Shown here: one piece after another, positions 1 through 15,300 of the stretch
How the letters are laid out: each line of letters starts with the position of its first letter
Numbering within the stretch: the stretch's first letter is position 1
Notes under the pieces: model-generated
Databases searched by the model: none
What the model was told of the DNA's origin: nothing
Seen by the model: only the letters and a program-made list of their open reading frames with translations
Made by a program: the position numbers and the translations under genes
Source of the DNA: Antedon mediterranea
Taxonomy: Eukaryota > Animalia > Echinodermata
Length of the DNA: 64,000 nt
Assembly (NCBI RefSeq): GCF_964355755.1
Contig: NC_092677.1
Coordinates: 8,950,101 to 9,014,100 of the forward strand
Reading direction: 5' to 3'

Positions 1-348
1 ATTTCAATCTATGCGTAATGCTATTTCTTGTAAATATAGCTATACCTGTTTTAGTACTTCATTTGAATAATCACAAAGAAGATGTTACATCTCCAATGGT
101 TGTTGGTTTCTCGTATCAAGGCTAAACATTGACAACAGAGATATACTTTCCTTAAATAGTCCTTCAAGGGATTCCATTAGAATGCAATAAAAGATATCAA
201 AAGGCAAACTCTATGTGAAACCCTATTCCAATGTTTATTATGACACAAGAGATGCAAGGGTGCAGTTCCTGCATTCAATAGTTAACAGACCTCCCAATTT
301 AAATGCATGTACAGTTATGACATTCATACAAACTATACTTGCTTTCAG

Positions 349-3300
349 AGATGATATTGTTACTGCATGCGACGATGGAACATATTCTGGTGCAAATGCC
401 ACTGAATGTACACAATGTCCTGCTGGATCTGCGTGCCCAAACAAGGACGGCAGCGACATACGTGAATGCCAGCCTGGTGAATACAGTATGTCACGCATGA
501 CATCATGTGTGGTATGCCCTGCTGGCTTTGCCTGTCCATTTACCAATAGTGATTATAAGCAATTATGTGAAACTGGTTTTTACTCAATTGGGCAGCAGAC
601 TTCATGTACAGGATGCCCTGCTGGATAGTAAGTATAAAATTGATGTCACCTTTTAAAGAAGCATGTTTTAAAGAAGCATGTCTTTGTACATGCAACATAT
701 AGAGAAGCATGTAATTTCTTATTAAGCAGCCTCATGCTGTCTGTGATTTATTTTGTCTATGAAATCTACTTTTTGCAAAACTTAGGTTTGACAAAGATTG
801 TTCAAATTTCATCAACTAAATAATTCTTCTTCTAAAGTTTGTGTCCAGTGAACAACCAAGAACTGCTAATTGAATGCCAAGCTGGCCACTATTCATTGGG
901 CAACCAATCGTATTGCTTTGCTTGCCCAGCTGGAAGTGCATGTCCAGATAAAGATGTTGAACCAAGGTAAGATGGTTTTTTTTAATGACCCCATGTTTTC
1001 TTTTATTATAAAAATAGATTAACAAACAAGGTGACAATGAAATCCGATGATTAGAAGATGTACTGTTGTTATTCATTATTAATATTTTGTAATAAACCAA
1101 ACATTTTGCATTCAACCATCATTTTATACAAAGGACACAGAAGCATGGTGGTGCATAGCTGAGCAAAAACTTTTAAAATAAATGGTATTATTAACATCAA
1201 TTTTCTGTTTGCCTAGTATAACTTGTGAACCAGGAACATATTCACTTGGTACTGCAACATCTTGTACCGATTGTCCACCTGCGTATTACTGTCCGGCGAC
1301 TAATAGTGGACCACAACGATGCAATTCTAAGTATTACTCAGAGCAACGTGCTGTTAACTGTACTATCTGCCCTGCTGGATTTCAGTGCTCTAATCAAGAA
1401 GGTAGGCTTAGTTGATCTCTTTTTTAAGTCTCAAAGGTTATTCTGAATTTAGTAGCATTTGTTTATACTCTATTTCCTTACGTCTTACATTACTGCTACA
1501 TTCTATGGAAAGGGGGAGATGGTCAATAAGTTTTTAACTCCGTCTCCGTCTCGTTTTTCTGCAATGTTCATTAAATTGTCTTGAAAAAAGAAATTATGTT
1601 ATGTTATATTAATTCTTGTTCAAAATAAACATTATACATTACATTGTTAGATTCACAATTTGAAGTATGTAACAGAATAAACACACATAAGCAACATGTA
1701 CAATTATCCATTTCGAGACCTGGATTTTGTTTATATGCCTTATATCTAATCTTGCCTATATTAAGACATTTCTGGGAGTATAGAATATCTGTTGACTTAT
1801 CCACTAATATTTTCTGAACTTTTTCATTTGTTCTAGTTCCTGAGGAGTGTCCGATAGGCACATATTCATATGAGGGCGCTGTCAATTGTGAAGCCTGCAA
1901 TCCTGGCTACATTTGTGATGAAGCCTCCACATCTCCCTCCCCTGATGATGGAGTTTGTGATCCTGGTGGTTGGTGTGATGGAACAAATTTTTATTCTTGT
2001 CCATCTGGAACATACAACCCTAACAATGGATCTAAAAACCAGATTGAGGCTTGTCTTCCATGTCCACCAGGTATGAGAGTGCACAAACTACTACTATCAG
2101 TTAGTTACTACACCAAAAATTCTCCAAGCTAGCCTGCCTCCACCCACAGACAAATCTTGACACTTTATACTGTTCAATGAAAATCTCCTAGGACTAATTC
2201 TAAGAAATACAGAACAATACAAGAGTGCCTTCCTAGTGCTAATACCAAAACAAATTATTTTATCAGAGACATCTTAATCACAGATTAGGACATGCACCTG
2301 TTTGAGGTTCGGTCCCCAAGGCATAACACATTTTTCTTATTTATTTTTGCTTTTTTCTGCTTTAACCCAACTATTTTTCATATTTTTTATGTAGGATTTT
2401 ATTGCGCTGGTCCTGGCGAAACTAAATATATTGACAAAGAATGTCCGACTGGTCACTATTGCCCACTAGGAACCACTTTCTCAACCGCGTTCCCATGTCC
2501 AGGAGGAACTTACAATGACGAGGTCAATCAAACATCAGCTAGCAATGGCTGCAAAAATTGCCCTAGTGGTTACTATTGTGGAGAGGGGACATCTGAGTAT
2601 GACGGCAATGAATGTCCAGCTGGTTTCTACTGCTTGGAAGGACAGTCTAGTGCATATCAAAATTCTTGCCCACTTGGTACTTATGGGTAAGTATATTAGG
2701 CCACTTTTTTTTGTATGAATTTTGTGGTAATTTAATAAACAAAAACTATAATTTTCAATGTTGAATTTGTGTTCTCAAACAAAAAAAATTCTAAGGAGTT
2801 GCTTTTTTTGCTTTGAGCTGGAAAAAACAAAGTTAAAGATGTATTGTCCCTTTGTCAAATTCCAAAAAAAATTAAAATAAAAAGATTTCGATAAAAAGTG
2901 GGTCATTTTGAAGTATTATAATAGTTATTAACTTTCACCAAAAATAGTTTAAAAAATAACTTTGACTTCCAGTCAAAGTTTTCGATCAAAACATATCTCA
3001 TAATGCAATGCGCATATTTGGCTACTCTGTATGCATAATCATAAAACTTCCTCGCGATCTGTGTGAAAACACCTTCTCAACCGTGACAAGTTGTAAACAA
3101 TCCTAATTAGCATCATGCATAATGTATACTCATGGTTTGAAATCTTTGTTTACTTAATTGTTTTCCAGACGAAATGTAATCAAATTAATTTTAGCTATTA
3201 ATTACGTAAAATTGTTGTTTTTGTCTCCAATTTTCGACTTAAAGTGAATAACTTTAATACTACTTTGATATGGCCAATTAAAATTTAGTATATTTTGACC

Positions 3301-6300
3301 TTCATTTTTTTGTGTTTCAATGTAATTATAATTTGTTTTACAGTGATGCTATGGGCTTTAAGAATTCCTCCCAGTGTAAGACATGCCCATCTGGAACTTA
3401 TTGTCCATATGGAAGTGCTGCAGAGCCTACCACTCAACCCCAAAGCTGTCTTCCTGGTACATACAACCCAGATGAAGGGGCAGGCCACGAATACAACTGT
3501 AAGCTGTGTGATCAAGGACGCTCATGTCCTCTCTCAGGATCTTCAAATAGTACACATCCATGTGCTGAAGGTAAATTGATATTTGTAACTGAAAATCATT
3601 TTCACATTTTCCATGAAGCAGTACTTTGAACTAATAACAGAGTGAGTTGCAGAGCGGGTAAGACAGTGGAACCGAAATGCATAGCCATAATATGGGCATG
3701 TGTTTGTGGCACACTTAAATGCTACATGTTCATAGGCACAGTTTACACAAAACACTTGTGTGAACTTTGTACATCTTTCGAGACGAGTAGGGGTAGTAGA
3801 GTGAACCTTAATCGGCTGCACTGACATGACGTGACCCTTAGTGGATAAGCATGTAGTTGAAAATTCTAACATCTGAATTCACAGCACCATAATCAATGAT
3901 CTATTATTACACCATTCGTTACATTACACTATGTCTGTGGGTATAAAACTGAAATTACACAGCTATAATACCATTAAATGTCAATGATTCAAATCTTTTC
4001 ATTTTTCAGGTTATTACTGTCCACAAGGTACCATTATAGATACTGAATATCCGTGTCCACCTGGGACATACACTGGCAGAACTGACCTTCCATCATCAGA
4101 GCAATGCACTGTGTGTCCACCAGGCATGTACTGTGGTTGGGGAACAGCTGGTCTCAGTAAGTATCTTTCAATTATAACCGAAGGTGTGAAAGCCACTGCA
4201 GTTTTATGAATATGGCGACATTGATGTCAAATGTTTTACAATGTACTGTACAAAATATTATGTTCATAATTGAAAAGAAAATATTGTTGGAATGATGCAT
4301 AGTAAAGAATAATGTGTAAACAATTTAACTGTATTGAGAAACTAAGTATTTTTTAGTTTAGAACTCACAGTTTTTAAAACTCAGTTAATCTATATTTAGT
4401 AAGTGTTACCAATAGAGACGGATCCAGGGTCTTCAAACTTTATGTGACAAAAAAAATGTGATGTGCCCATATGGACATGATGCTTTTATATCGGGTTATA
4501 GAATTTCAGCTTTTATAATCTTGCATAACGCATTTAATTCCACATTTAACAACCTTTTAATAAGATTGAATGAAACATTAAATAACAAAAATGTAATCTA
4601 ATTATTACAGTTATAGTAGTTTCACAACCAACAAGAATGTTAATATTTAAAAAAAATCTTTTTTTGCAGATGATACTGTAAATGGGCCTCAATCGTGCAA
4701 GCCAGGCTACTACTGTCCTGCCCAGACACCCAGTCCAGACCGTTTCCCATGTGCACCAGGCACATTTTCACCCTTGTCTAACCTTAGTGATGCATCCCAT
4801 TGTACTCTTTGCACACCAACATACTACTGCTTGGGTATGCATTTTACTTTTCATTTTAAATGTTTAGAATATGTTGATATTACAGTAAAATAAGGATCAT
4901 TTAAGTCTAATTTTCAACAATAACAAACAAAACATATAGTATTGGGTCACTAGCAATATCTTTTGTGACTGGGCAGCCATGGGCTAAAGTTTGATTGTAC
5001 ATTTCATCATTGTAGTGAACCAAAATGTTTTATGAAAACAACATTGATTTTAACATTTATTAACCAATGAATTAGGTGGAGAACCAGAAGAAACAGCCCT
5101 GTGTCCTCCAGGATACTACTGCTCAGAGGGAACAGCATTTGCTGAAGAATTTGCCTGTCCAAATGGAACTTACAATCTGGACTATGGAAAAGATGACGAA
5201 GGAGATTGTAAAAATTGCACCCAAGGTAATTCTCTTGACCTAAGCCTAAGGTCACATTCATTGGCAAAAATGTTTCCACTGAAAGCTCTTTAGACACCAA
5301 ACCACCCTTTACTCCAAATATTCACAGGTAAATTAGACTTGGTTATGGTTAAAATTGGTTATGGAAAGCATTTGCCAAGTACAGTTACTCTCCCTAACCC
5401 AGACTACTTTAATACTGAAAAAACGTCTAATCCCAAGCCAAAACCAAACTAACTTTTAATCTATTTTAAGGTAATTTCTGTGAGTACGGCACCGTAACAC
5501 CCATAAATTGTTCAGCCGGTACATACATGCCTTATGGAATGAACATCAACACAAACATGCAAGAAGGAGAGTCTGCAAAATACCAGGATGACTGTATAGC
5601 ATGTACTGCTGGTTACTGGTGCGGAGTCGCAACGATTAACCCTTATGAATGCGGCACTGGCATGTACTCGGAGCCTGGTCAGAGCGAGTGTAAGACATGT
5701 GAGGCTGGGTACTACTGTGACAGTAATTCCACATCAGAATCTGATATGTTGAACAATAAACGATGTACAGCTGGTAAATACTGTCCTGCTGGACTTCACT
5801 CACTAGACGATGCTACTGATTGCAGTATGGCTCATTACTGCCCTGAAGGTAATATAGTACAAATGTTGTCAAATCTATTGTATATGATAAACCTGATGTA
5901 GTAAATATCTCCATAATTGGCAATAACATATTATTTATTTTTATTTATTTATTCGGTATATAAAAATATATTACAAAACGACAGTCAAGGACTGAAATGA
6001 AATGTATTACAAATGACTAAAAATTAGTTAAAATTGCTATAAAAATAGAAACATCTTAATAAAATTAGATATTGTATCGTATCGTATCGTAGATATTGCT
6101 GTGGCTTGGTGGTTATGATGCTTGGCTACCAATCTAAGGGTCCTGGGTTCAAGTCCTGTCATATGTTAGGGTTTTTTTCTCATGACAATTTACAACTCCA
6201 CTCCCAAAGACTTAATAATAAGTCTTTGTTTATGTAGAGCATCTTGTGTATATGTTTGTCTTGTGAATGGGATTGCCACCTTTGAGAAGGATAGTGAAAG

Positions 6301-9300
6301 AATTCACTTGTGGTAATCCTTGGCAGTTTGCCTAAAATGAGAATAAAAAAAAAAATAAATAAAAAAAAAAATATTGTTTAAAGGTTAATGTGAATAATCA
6401 CTATAGTAAAGTAAGGTTTGTGGTACACCATGTGTTTCCAAAAGGAAATAAAGTGAAGTTCTCGGCTGTTATGCTAGGCTGCTAACCATAGATAAAATAT
6501 AAACAAAACATAACTAAAAAATACATATAATTTTATATTGAAATTATGCAACTTTTAATTAATTTTTTTTATTATCGTCTTTATTTTTAAGCCACCCCTG
6601 AAGAAATTAACTGTCCAATAGGAACATACAATCCAGGCACTGGACTAGAAGCAGTCACAGACTGTACACTGTGTGATGCCGGTTCCTACTGTTTGGAAGG
6701 TGTTGACAATCCCTCAGGATTGTGCTTACCGGGTTATATTTGCCCTACTAACTTTACAAATCCATATGGAGTAAACCCAGTCAATATTGGTTCATATGGT
6801 TCAAAGCAGGTAATTGATTTAAAATAATTTTAAATTAATGTGTAATTAATAAAGCTCTCAGAATCTGAATAAAATACAAAATGCATAGAGTGACAGTGTG
6901 TTATATATTTTGGCGCATATTGAAGATACAGAGATGCTTTTTGGCATCAAGGCATGTATTTGTATACAAAAGGGCAACGTTTTTGTGCAAACAAATACTT
7001 AAAAGAAGAGAATCTGTCCTATACCTATTATAATATCACATATAAACAAATGGAAGTTTTCAACCGATGATTAGAAAAGCTTGATTTGTCTGATTACTGA
7101 AATTTCATACTCACCCTACTTTTATTGCCTGGTCAAAGATATTTATATTTCATTTTTAAATGCTTACAATTTCTGTTTTTTTTTAGGAACCATGTCCAGC
7201 TACTACTTACATCAGTACATCTGGTGGAGAAACACTTGCAGACTGTCTTGATTGTCCAGCTGGTTTCTTCTGCCCACTTGGTACAGGTGATCCTGTCTCT
7301 TGCCCTCGAGGATATTATTGCCCTGGCAATTCTTCTGCAGCTACCCCTTGCCCTGCTGGACGATATGGCAATACAACAGGCATGTTGCAAACTTTCCAAA
7401 ACTATTTTGTTGTTCTCCAATAACAATACGATTCACTCTACATATTCTATAGTATTGTTATTTTTAAGCTACATACTGTATGCTGACCTTACTACATATA
7501 TTTGCACTTTGAGCTATTAACCAATCAGATGTGTGTATGAATTAAACATGTTGTATAATAATAAAACCTTTTTTTGTTTTACAGAAATTGAGTTGTTGGA
7601 AGGCTGTCCGCTGTGTGACCCAGGATGGTACTGTGATGCTCCAGGCCTTACTACACCTAGAGCACCCTGTGATGCAGGATATCTTTGCTATGAGGGTGCA
7701 TACAAGTCAAGCCCAACTGATGGAGTGACAGGAGAGATATGCCCCCCTGGTGGATACTGTATACTTGGTATTTAAAATTTGTATTTTGTAGTTTTGACGC
7801 TTGGATGTGTAGTGCAAGATTTTCGAAATAGGCTTATAGTTGGGTCGCTAGTGGGAACCAAGCTTTAGTGTCTGTACAGCAGTTTATTAGAATGAGAATA
7901 CAGTCAATTCCCTAGCAGACTATTTTAAAGACTGCAAACTCTCCACAAAAACCAGTGCAAAATTCATTTAATACTAATCAAATCACACTAATAAAATATA
8001 CATTCACATAGAGATATTATACAAAAGTATAGTAACCTGTGTTCAGTTTACAGTGCAAGCAGCAGCAGCTTATGAAACTTCTTTTTTAGGTTCATTTGAA
8101 AGTAGTCCATGTCCAGAAGGAACGTACAGTAATGTATCTGGTGCGGTGAACTACCATGGCTGCAGGCAATGTGATCCAGGGTATTACTGCAGCAATGCAC
8201 GAACACCAGGTAGGCTTAACAATTTTATATTCTTCAATTTTGAAGAACTATATAAAGTGCCTTGCATTTTTCACATAACATAATCAATCTATTCACTTTT
8301 GCAGAGCCCACTGGTCCATGTGAGGCCGGGTATTACTGTGTAAGTGGCTCATCTACTCCAACTCCAGACACGTTCGCATTACCAGGTTACTATGCCCCAG
8401 AAGGATCAACACAGTCTTTTCCATGTAGCCAAGGAACTTATCAGCCATTTGATCGACAAGGGAATTGTACTGTATGTGATCCAGGATTTTATTGTCCGAT
8501 GGAAGGAATGACAAATCAGACTGCCTGTCCTGCAGGTAATAATTTATCAATCAATATTTTATTGTCCTCAAATACAAAATAAATGGGGGGAAAAACACTA
8601 CCGGCTATCAACAAACAGTATAAAGTGTTAAATTCGCTAAATTTTCCCTAAATTTAGTAAAAATATAAAGTTTTTAGAACCGCCTCTAAGTTATTTAATA
8701 TACTTGTCTGAAACTGCAGGAATTTGCTCATATTCCATATACTTAAAGTGTTTATAATGACTAACTAATTACTAACCATGTGGGTTTAATCTTACAGAAG
8801 TAACTTAAGTAACTGTTTTCTTCTATCAAGTATTTTCTGTTTTTACAATACCCTTCATTTTGTTATCAGGTACATATTGTGGTGCTGGAGCGTTCATCTA
8901 TGAGTTGTGTCATGTAGGAACCTACTCAGAAGTGCCTTACCAGATAAGCATTGACAACTGTACAATCTGTCCTGTTGGGAAGTACTGTTCTGGCACAGGC
9001 CAGACAGCTGTTACCGGTGACTGCAAAGCTGGGCACATCTGCTACGAGGGTGCTGAGTTTGATAATCCTGTCTATAATAATGATACTTCAAATGGTAAAT
9101 TAACATTCTTCTTACAGGTATTCTAGTCTCTGAAAATTCATGATAATGTCTGAAGAAATTATGTTTGTATTTTTTCCTTTTGGTAAACAATAAAACATAG
9201 ACTTACTGTTTTGTTATGTTTTGGCTACAAGCATAGGTTGCCTTTGTTCACGCGAGTGATATGTTGATAGTTTGAAATCACTCATCGTATCTCGATGCTT

Positions 9301-12300
9301 TCTTATGTTGTTGCTCTCTGTTCTTGTGTCAGCTTTTCGCTGGTGCCCACCCTTTGGATGTTTATGGGTGCAACTGAGTAGCATGCCATCATAAGAGTTT
9401 CTGTCCTCTCTGGTCTCTGTTCATGTTGTTTTTCTGTTCTGATCCATATCGATTCCTTTACTTTTCTTGCTAGGTGATGTCATTTATTATTATATTAGTA
9501 TTTGTACAATTTGTTTTTAGGCTTTGTACGTTTAACATGGGGCGATCAGTGTCATGAGGGTAGGTACTGCCCTGAGGGTGCTACAAGTATGGTAGAGTGT
9601 CCTAAGGGTACTTACATGGATTACAGAGGGGCTACTGCAGAGGAAGATTGTATTGAATGTGACCCAGGCTATTACTGTGATGCAACTGGTCTTTCTGATA
9701 AAACAGGTTTGTTTATTTAGTCAATGTTAATACGTTTTTATACATACAGTATATATGCAAAAATTTATAAATAAATATGCAAATTACTATACATAAATAT
9801 GCAAATTTATGTATGTAAATATGCAAATTTCATAGATTTTTCATGTCTGAGAATACAAACTAGTGGTTTTACTGATCAAATAGTACACTATATGCATTAT
9901 TTAAAAAAAGGGGACAACAGACAATTAACTTGGGCTCCAATAGTTTTAAAGAACACTTGAAAGGTTAAGTAAATGCCAAAATTATAGTTCCTTGTGAAAT
10001 GAGTAACTGATGTTTGGGTCCTTGCTGTTTTAGTGCACTTTAGGTCACGTTAACCTCAGACTTGGCATTTGTATGCTTTTATTTTCTTATTTTTTATGCA
10101 AAGTATGAACATACAATGAGATAGATTATGTTTCTACAGCGTGTGTGGTTTCTGAGATTTTTCAAATTGTTTTACATTATAGTTTTTATTATATTTAAAG
10201 GTCAGTGCCAAGCAGGGTATTATTGTATATTGGGAGCAGATCGTATGAACCCAAATGATAACACCACAGGAAACATATGTGCAAAACGACATTATTGCCC
10301 AGATGGTAAGCAAGAACTAGGCTGTCCACCTGGTACTTATGCAAATGAGACTGGTATGGACGCTTGTTTAGACTGTCTACCAGGGTACCATTGTGTACCA
10401 GACAATGATCCTGTATTGTGTCCTCAAGGTAAGTTTATCAGTGATAGTCCAACTTCCTCTCAACATGCCAACATGTAATTTTATTTAATCCAGTACAATT
10501 GTTTGTTGTTAGACACTGTATTTTATACTGTACTAACAATATACCGTACACCCTTTTTGAGAACAGATGTATATTGTGAACTTTTAGAGATTGTAACACT
10601 ATAATGCTATTTAAAAAATACATACAAGCTTAGTTTGTGATTTAGAATTTGGTAATGTATTTAAAATATATATAGATATTAGTATTTTGTTTTATTTTAT
10701 CTAATATGAAAGTAGGATTATTTACCATGACATTATTGTCACTACCTATAGATGTAGTTTAACATTTTCATTTTTTCTAGGCTTCTATTGCCTTGGTGGT
10801 TTAGAGGCACCATCTGATCCGGTCCCATGTCCGAAAGGATATTTTGGTGCTCATGAAAAATTGGAAACGGAAGATGCTTGCACTGACTGTTTACCAGGTA
10901 GGAACATCTGCAATACAATTCAAATTTGAATTGAAATTGTGTAACATTATATAATTATAAATGTGTGTACAAAAATGAAAATTTCAATACTATAAAACTG
11001 ATTTGGTGAGGCTAAACAGTGGGATGGTTATTCGCAGATTGCTGGGCATGAAGGAATAAATGTTACATTCCGATGAGTGCAGACACTCTGTTCTCCACTT
11101 CCCTCCTGTACTGATGTGTAAAATTCTCTAAGGGTGTATTTTTGGTGAGTGAGTGGCCGAGTGATTAAGACATTGGAACCGTAATCCTTAGCCATAACAT
11201 CGGCAAGGGTAAGAGGCTAACTCGCTCCATGGTTCTCCAAATCTTCTTCTTTAGGCCGGTGTACTAGTTCACACACAGCCACTGTGTCACGGACAGATGA
11301 GAGAGCGCCTTAAAGTGGCTGCACTGACCCTTAGGGTAGAAGCATGTAGTTGAAAATGATTCATTCATTATAATTTGGTGCTATACAAGAACTGGTATGT
11401 TATTATTATTATTATATCGTTAAATCGCCTCTTTTTGCATACTTCTTTTAGGAATGTATTGTAGCATTCCTGGCTTGACAGAACCAGATGGAAATATATC
11501 AGCTGGATATTGGTCAGATAGAAAGGCGCATGAATCAGGCCCATTTGATGACACGACCAGTACCGATTATGGACTATGCCTTGAAGGCTTTTATTGCCCT
11601 GAGGGAAGTGGATCACCCACACCATGTCCTCCAGGAACATATGGGTAAATATTATCTTTCACTTGAAAATTAGAAAATCAATTGATAATGTAAACAAATA
11701 ATTCAGCAATTCAAAACAGTTATTTGAACAGGGATCTTATTCGAAGAAACTTGACAAGCTGAATATCGTACAGCAAGATCTTCCATTTACCGTGATCATC
11801 TGCTAAAGGTGCACTTTTTCATGATTGGAAATACAAAAAAAACATCCTGGTACTTGGTGTGCATCAGACTACCATTTAGGCTCTACTACCAGACCTCTTT
11901 TGGTTTACTAAAGGACAAAATTGGCACACATTTTTTAGATGCATTTTGTTCCTCTTTTGTGGCAGAAACCAGCACTTTTATTAAACTAATGTTTTTTTCA
12001 CTGGCAAAACAGCATTTTATAACCTTCTTGGTCTTAATTCACTACTGATTTAATAATTTAATCTATCGCTTGTGTTCAGAAGTGTAATGGGACACCAATT
12101 ATTTAAAATTTCTGTCGTTTTTTTGTGAAAAGGATAATTATTGAAAGTTAAAACTTTCAATTAGCCTATTACAAAGCAACATTTTAATTATCCCAAAAAC
12201 CGCACATACAATTCTACACTTAAGACCATTTGATGCAGGTGATTTTTTTCCATCATTAAAAGGGCCTTTATACATTCATATAGTAACGCAACCTTCGCAA

Positions 12301-15300
12301 ATTTGTTTTTTTCCTTACGAAAGCTTTTCAGATTCAGGAAGGTATGTTTTAATTTGTTCAGAGCTTATGGAAGTGTTTGCATATAAGCTTTTGAAATGTT
12401 GTACTTGCTATTTTAAAATATCTGTTGAGCTTGTTACTAATTTCCCATTTTATTAGTTTTTAATTTTTCGATTTTCCTAATCCAAACAAAATATTTTGTA
12501 GTTTGCTCTTGATTCAATTGACTGAGGATTCCGCCTTTTGTTGTCATGTCATGCTCTCTCAAGCCAGTAATCAGTAAAATTAATGGACACATGTTAAAAC
12601 TTCTCCATTTCAAATGATATTCTTTGATATTAATCTATAGTCCAGTCAAGGCAATCGAACCACGGGATGCTGAACTCGCCTTTGATCTTAGGATTGGCTG
12701 TTTATTGATAATTCTATACATTACTAGCAATTATACCCGCCCCAGGGCGGGTTTCAAATTTAGTTTAAAATCTTCAGTACATTTCCGATTAATTTGATAG
12801 GTCTCCTAACTCCTGGATGCCAGTATCTCCCTATACTCACCAACCTCCACCTCTCTTCAGTCTCACCCCACACTCTGTGATTAATTTGATAGGTCTCCTA
12901 ACTCCTGGATGCCAGTATCTCCCTATACTCACCAACCTCCACCCCTCTTCAGTCTCACCCCACACTCTGTGATTAATTTGATAGGTCTCCTAACTCCTGG
13001 ATGCCAGTATCTCCCTATACTCACCAACCTCCACCTCTCTTCAGTCTCACCCCACACTCTGTGATTAATTTGATAGGTCTCCTAACTCCTGGATGCCAGT
13101 ATCTCCCTATACTCACCAACCTCCACCCCTCTTCAGTCTCACCCCACACTCTGTGATTAATTTGATAGGTCTCCTAACTCCTGGATGCCAGTATCTCCCT
13201 ATACTCACCAACCTCCACCCCTCTTCAGTCTCACCCCACACTCTGTGAAAAAAAAAAAATCCTTCCCATTACAAATTTCAATTTTTTCAAGCTTTAGCTA
13301 CATAGCATACCTATTGTTTAACTACTTTGCAAATGTGTAAATGAATAGGTGTCATATTGGCTAATGATTTCAATATCAAATTTTCAGATTAGATATATTT
13401 TACAAAGATAGGTTGGTCACATTTAAAAAAATGTTTTTGCATGTTTCATTGTTCATAATGGAATTGATAATCATTACTGTAATCTCTGTACAGCACTGCA
13501 CACTCCAGAAAAAGCCTGGATGACTGTATTGATTGTGATGCCGGCAAGTACTGTCCCGATTACAATATGACCGGACCAGGTCCTGACTGCAGTGCTGGCT
13601 TTTATTGCCTGGGTAAATCGTCTGAATTCCAGCCATCTGATTCTGCTATTGGTGGAATTTGTCCAACAGGTACAGTATTATAATCTGTGTTCTTGGTAAA
13701 TTAGAATTTTTCTACTAACAGCATTTATCACTTTCATCCTCATACTGTAAAGCACACTTATTTTTGTGTAGTTGTTTATGATAATTTTTAAACTACCACG
13801 CAATCAATACAAACACACCAAATTTCTACTTCCCACATTATGGGCTTTATCATCATAAATATTTACTTTCTGTATACTTCACATACTTTGGCTATAGAGA
13901 CACAGAAAGAGTAATGATTTATTTGAATTATTATCCATAGGATATGAATGTCCAGTAGGTTCTGGCATGCCATCAGCCTGCAATGCAGGATCCTACCAAA
14001 ACGAGACTGGACAGTCAAGTTGTGAGAACTGCCCAATCGGTTTCTACTGTACTATTAATACAACCGTACCGGACGCCTGCCCTCCTGGTTACTACTGTGA
14101 ATTGAACACAGCGACAGCCTATGAGCATCCTTGTCCCGAAGGCACATTTAACAATCTTACAGAACGATATCAACCTTCAGATTGTACTGTCTGTTTACCA
14201 GGGTAAGTTTAAATGTTGCTTGACAGAAATTTATTTTTTTACATTGTGCTATAAAGGAATTAACATCAACGTTTTATGAAAAATTTTAAACAGGCTAAGC
14301 ATGTTTTATTTTGATCTTTAGTTTTCTAGGCAAAACAAAGATAGCATTTCCATGTAATTGTTCTTTTATACCACGATATGTTATCCTTTCTTCATTTAAC
14401 GCAGGTCATACTGTGGAACACCTGGCCTTGAATGGCCTACTGACTTATGTGATCCTGGTTGGTACTGTCTAAATGGCTCTATTGCTGCTCAGCCAACAAA
14501 CCCTTCCCAAGGTGGTAACTGCGTACCAGGCCAATACTGCCCAGAAGGGTCTTCACAGCCTCTTGAATGCCTACCTGGCATGTACTGTGCTTCGTCTCAG
14601 TTATCCTACCCAACAGGCAATTGCTCAGAAGGGTATTATTGTGTTCTTGGGGCTAGTATTAGCAAACCGGAAGACAGTACGGGTAAGTAAAATGTAGGAA
14701 TATGTAAAGTATGTCATCAGACGAAACGGCTTTCTTTAAATATTCAGTTACAATATAATTACAGAATAGTGTTAACTAAATCATAGTTTCATTTCATAGA
14801 CAAGTTGTGTTTACAGTACACTTGATAATTGAGCCATATTCATAATCCAAGCAATGAAATACACAATACATGTGTATACTTTTTATAACGTCACCATCAA
14901 GAACGAGAAATGGTCTTAACATTTAAGATACCCAGTATAATGGTAACCAATATAAAGTCTAACCAATCAGTATTGACCAATCACAGTTTATTCTGAAAGC
15001 CCAATATTTGAAGTAATTAAAACATGGCACAATGCCCTATTGTTTGAAGTAATAAAGCATGGCACATTGTTTACAAAGTGCAATGTAGCATTTGTAAGTT
15101 TACTCTGAGCAGGGAGTTGTCTGCTTAGAGCATAATATCATTAGGTCAAAGCAGGGAGTTGTAATTAGAACTCAGAGTCTTCTGAAGACCATTAAATTAG
15201 TCTTTTTTGTTCTTAAAGTTAATAAAGTAAATTTGAGAATTATTTTAATGGGTTGTTTAAGAATTTATGGTAGTTTTTTTTAACTGAAATTGTGGACAAA

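Noticed and set aside
626-628. In-frame TAG ending ORF 215..628 (pseudogene or readthrough)
   Set aside because: The TAG spans the donor (TA|gtaagt). Splicing to 838 gives TAT (Tyr).
12787-13246. CRISPR-like array (also considered for 31253-31604 and 19911-20222)
   Set aside because: Units are head-to-tail with no unique spacers, there are no cas genes, and the context is a eukaryotic intron.
14940-15165. CCAAT cluster and short direct repeats as an internal promoter
   Set aside because: Short, degenerate motifs in an AT-rich intron with no supporting first exon.
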